From NCBI GenBank assembly GCA_977016875.1, contig CDRNST010000031.1, positions 1,612,001 through 1,676,000 on the forward strand: a DNA stretch of 64,000 nucleotides, written 5' to 3'. Under the pieces are notes generated by a model. It had not been told where the DNA came from, ran no database searches, and saw nothing but the letters and a program-made list of their open reading frames with translations. How positions within the stretch are numbered: the first letter of the stretch is position 1; each line of letters opens with the position of its first letter. A program made the position numbers and the translations under genes. Of this stretch, positions 61,408 through 64,000 are shown piece by piece. The stretch is from Pavona decussata (Eukaryota).

Positions 61408-63385
61408 CTGCTAACGGCCCGGGGACCACCGTTAAAAGTTTAAGGGCAACAGAAGAAATCAATTCATTTAATCAGGGCGAAATACACATTCTGTGTTGGA
61501 ATACAATCTCCTACAGGGACAATTACTGACTAGAAGGGGAGCAAGGACTGAGAAACATATCTATTCTTAACATCTACTACGTAAGAATTTGGGACTCCTA
61601 GGTTGCTTCTATATCAATGTTTAAGAAAAGTGACTGTTTCTCTTGTCAAAATACTAATTAGCGGCTTATTTAGATACAAGGATTGTAGCTTTTGCATTAA
61701 GTATCAATAACAATAAGTAGGAAATAGGGAAAAACGGGGTAAAAGGTTTTCTGTTCTCTTTAATGAGAAATAAAGGTGGTGGTACATGAAGTTTGCTGTG
61801 TTTGTTGTTTAAGGTTACTTGTAATTTACTATAAAATGCCTTGCTTTTATTCTCAGCCATATGAGATCTTCTTGAAAGAGGCGATATACCTTAATCAGGC
61901 GACTGACAATGTTTTATGCGTGATAATCACCGAGGCTTTGCCGTAGATTAGAAAACCGACGCCTCTAACAATTATGTACAATGTAATTTAAATATATAAA
62001 ATGTTTACTCTAGCCTATGACATTTACGGCATAAAGCGACTGTCCGCCAAATGCGGCTCAAGACGACAGAAAAGATCGGGATAAAGCAAAGAACACTCAT
62101 TGGAGGGCGCCTCCTTATGTAGAGGTAATTTTTGAGCAGTTCAGATGACTATGAGGCGGAAAAAACAGATCTTAGCAAGGGCTTTTCAAATCCGAAGAGA
62201 AAATGGGGTGGGGGCAACCACGCATTTCTCAGAAATAGTTAAGCAACAATAATTCTAAAAAGCTCTAACATACATACACTCCATTTATTCTTCACGTTCA
62301 CAATTTAAAAACGTTTTCTGGTTCTCCACTAATTTACCCGAACTATCTTTCATCAGGTATTTCATTCTGCCATGGCTTCACTGCATATTCCGCGTTTCGA
62401 AATTTTCAGGTTCGTAAGATAAATTTTCTCAATTAACACCAAACTAGCAAATTTAACATTAAAAATAATTTTAATAATTAGCAAAATGTATCAAAAACAC
62501 TGAACCCGCGAAAGTAGCGTTCTTGTATTGACGTCACAGGCCCACTATCCCCAGTCTCCCGTCTTGCGTGGTTTTGTACCCAACCGGAAGTGAAATTACA
62601 CGTATTTGTCCGCCTCATACGAGGGGAAGAAAATTAAAATTGATAGGGAATTTTTTTTCCGATTTTCATACGAGAACAACATGAAGATTCGAAAACAATC
62701 TGTCATATACACTTTAAGAGCTGAAGAGGTGAAACGAAACTAGTATACAAACGGCATATCCGCTGGCGCGTGGGTGAAAAAAAAGTGTTATACGCAGAAG
62801 AGACTTTCACACTATTTTGAAGTAAACTTAACTAAAACCCTAAAACCAGCGCAAATGTTTCAACTCGGTGTTAGTCACAGTCAAATACATCCGCCACTGT
62901 TTTTTCTTTATCCCGGTATCTGTGATAAGCTTTGTTTATAGGCAAGAAACCGGTTGCGGTTTTACGATTGTGAGAAGCTGTATAAAACTGGTATAAGTTT
63001 TAGGCGTTTTTTTTTTTATCTATTAGGAAGTCCACCCATGTAGTCGGTTGTGGTTTTCAGTGCTTCTTCCTCAGTAACTGGTCATAGAACTTGATTCCAA
63101 ACTGGCAGCAAAATCTCTTTTTTCTCTTTTTGTGAGAGCTGACTGAGCTCAACGCGAAAAATTGCGCAACAACTTTGCAGCATCATAACTTTCCATAAAT
63201 GTTTAGGCTTTCTCCAACGACAGGTCTAGTTGTCGTATATGGATAACCTTTCGATGTTTGTCGGTTATCATTTGAACCATTTCATTCAAAAGTGACGGAA
63301 AGGAGCTGAGAAATAATTCGGTTAACCCTTACCTGTCCGAGTACCGTGACATGTCCGTAAATTGCAAGCTTTTTTTTATTCATTC

Positions 63386-63773
63386 AGGGCTGTTCAATTT
63401 TCACTAGGACATAAGCATAAGCAAAAGCAGGAGCTCAAACGCCGCTTAAGCAAGTGAGAACACCTGCGGCATAAGCACAAGAAGAACGAACACGCCGTTC
63501 TTCTTCTTGTGCTTATGCTTATGCTTGTTATGTCATGTTATGTCGCCGTTTTCACCAGTGAGAACAGAGACGACACACGGCACAAGCACAAGGCAGTAAA
63601 CCGTTTCGTCCGTCATCAAGCAAGGCTTGCTTAACATTGAGGGGAGCTTGTATGAAGAGCTCTGTCAAAAGAATGGTTTTCTGCGTGTGCGTCTGTTCAG
63701 TTATATGTATGTAGCTAGTGTTCTCACTTGCTTATCTTTATGCTTATGCTTCTGTCCTAGTGAAAACCAGCCT
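63386..63773. mobile_element. Harbinger-type MITE with internal (GCATAA)n/(TTATGC)n repeats
   Basis: Termini GGCT..TTTTCACTAGGACA / TGTCCTAGTGAAAACCAGCC. Confidence 0.65.
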
Positions 63774-64000
63774 TGGCGCCTCTTTTACTTTACTGTGAGA
63801 GTCATATGATCAGCATGCTTTCATTCCAACTTTCCCTATCTTGTTTCAATTGTTACCTTTTCGTTGTGAGGGTCCTGAAATGTGTCCACCGAAGAGAAAA
63901 ATTTGGACGTCAGTTTAAACGCGTTGAAAAATTTCACCCCCGATACTGACCAATTACACGCGTGCTAGTCACCCGCGTGTGGCACAATCTTTTCTAAAAA

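Noticed and set aside
62520-62600. CRE (GACGTCAC) and ETS (CCGGAAGTG) motifs as a promoter
   Set aside because: Short motifs with no linked gene identifiable in the window.

Overview
This is an AT-rich animal genomic window, most likely from a scleractinian coral or another anthozoan (inferred from the USOMP5-like gene and the repeat families). Host genes: (1) the first coding exon of a probable tetraspanin running off the left edge (minus strand); (2) two tandem, apparently intact 4-exon gustatory-receptor-like (GRL/7TM ion channel) genes; (3) a USOMP5-like skeletal-matrix gene with upstream PAN/EGF exons, partly decayed (minus strand); (4) an intronless 700-aa secreted protein gene. Much of the rest is nested mobile DNA: a BEL/Pao LTR relic, a tRNA-derived SINE, two Penelope-like fragments, hammerhead ribozyme motifs, an L1/Tx1 relic with nested MITE/MULE/Harbinger-type insertions, and an RLE non-LTR (R4/Dong-like) element next to a (TAA)n tract. 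The most notable object is a complete 7.1-kb tyrosine-recombinase (DIRS-order, split-direct-repeat) retrotransposon. Its gag, pol and YR frames each begin right after a phase-0 splice acceptor, and gag and the RT part of pol have no ATG. A single 39-codon leader exon appears able to splice alternatively to all three. The 1.8-kb intron after that exon holds a ~55-bp tandem array of paired palindromes. All coordinates were read by hand and no searches were run.
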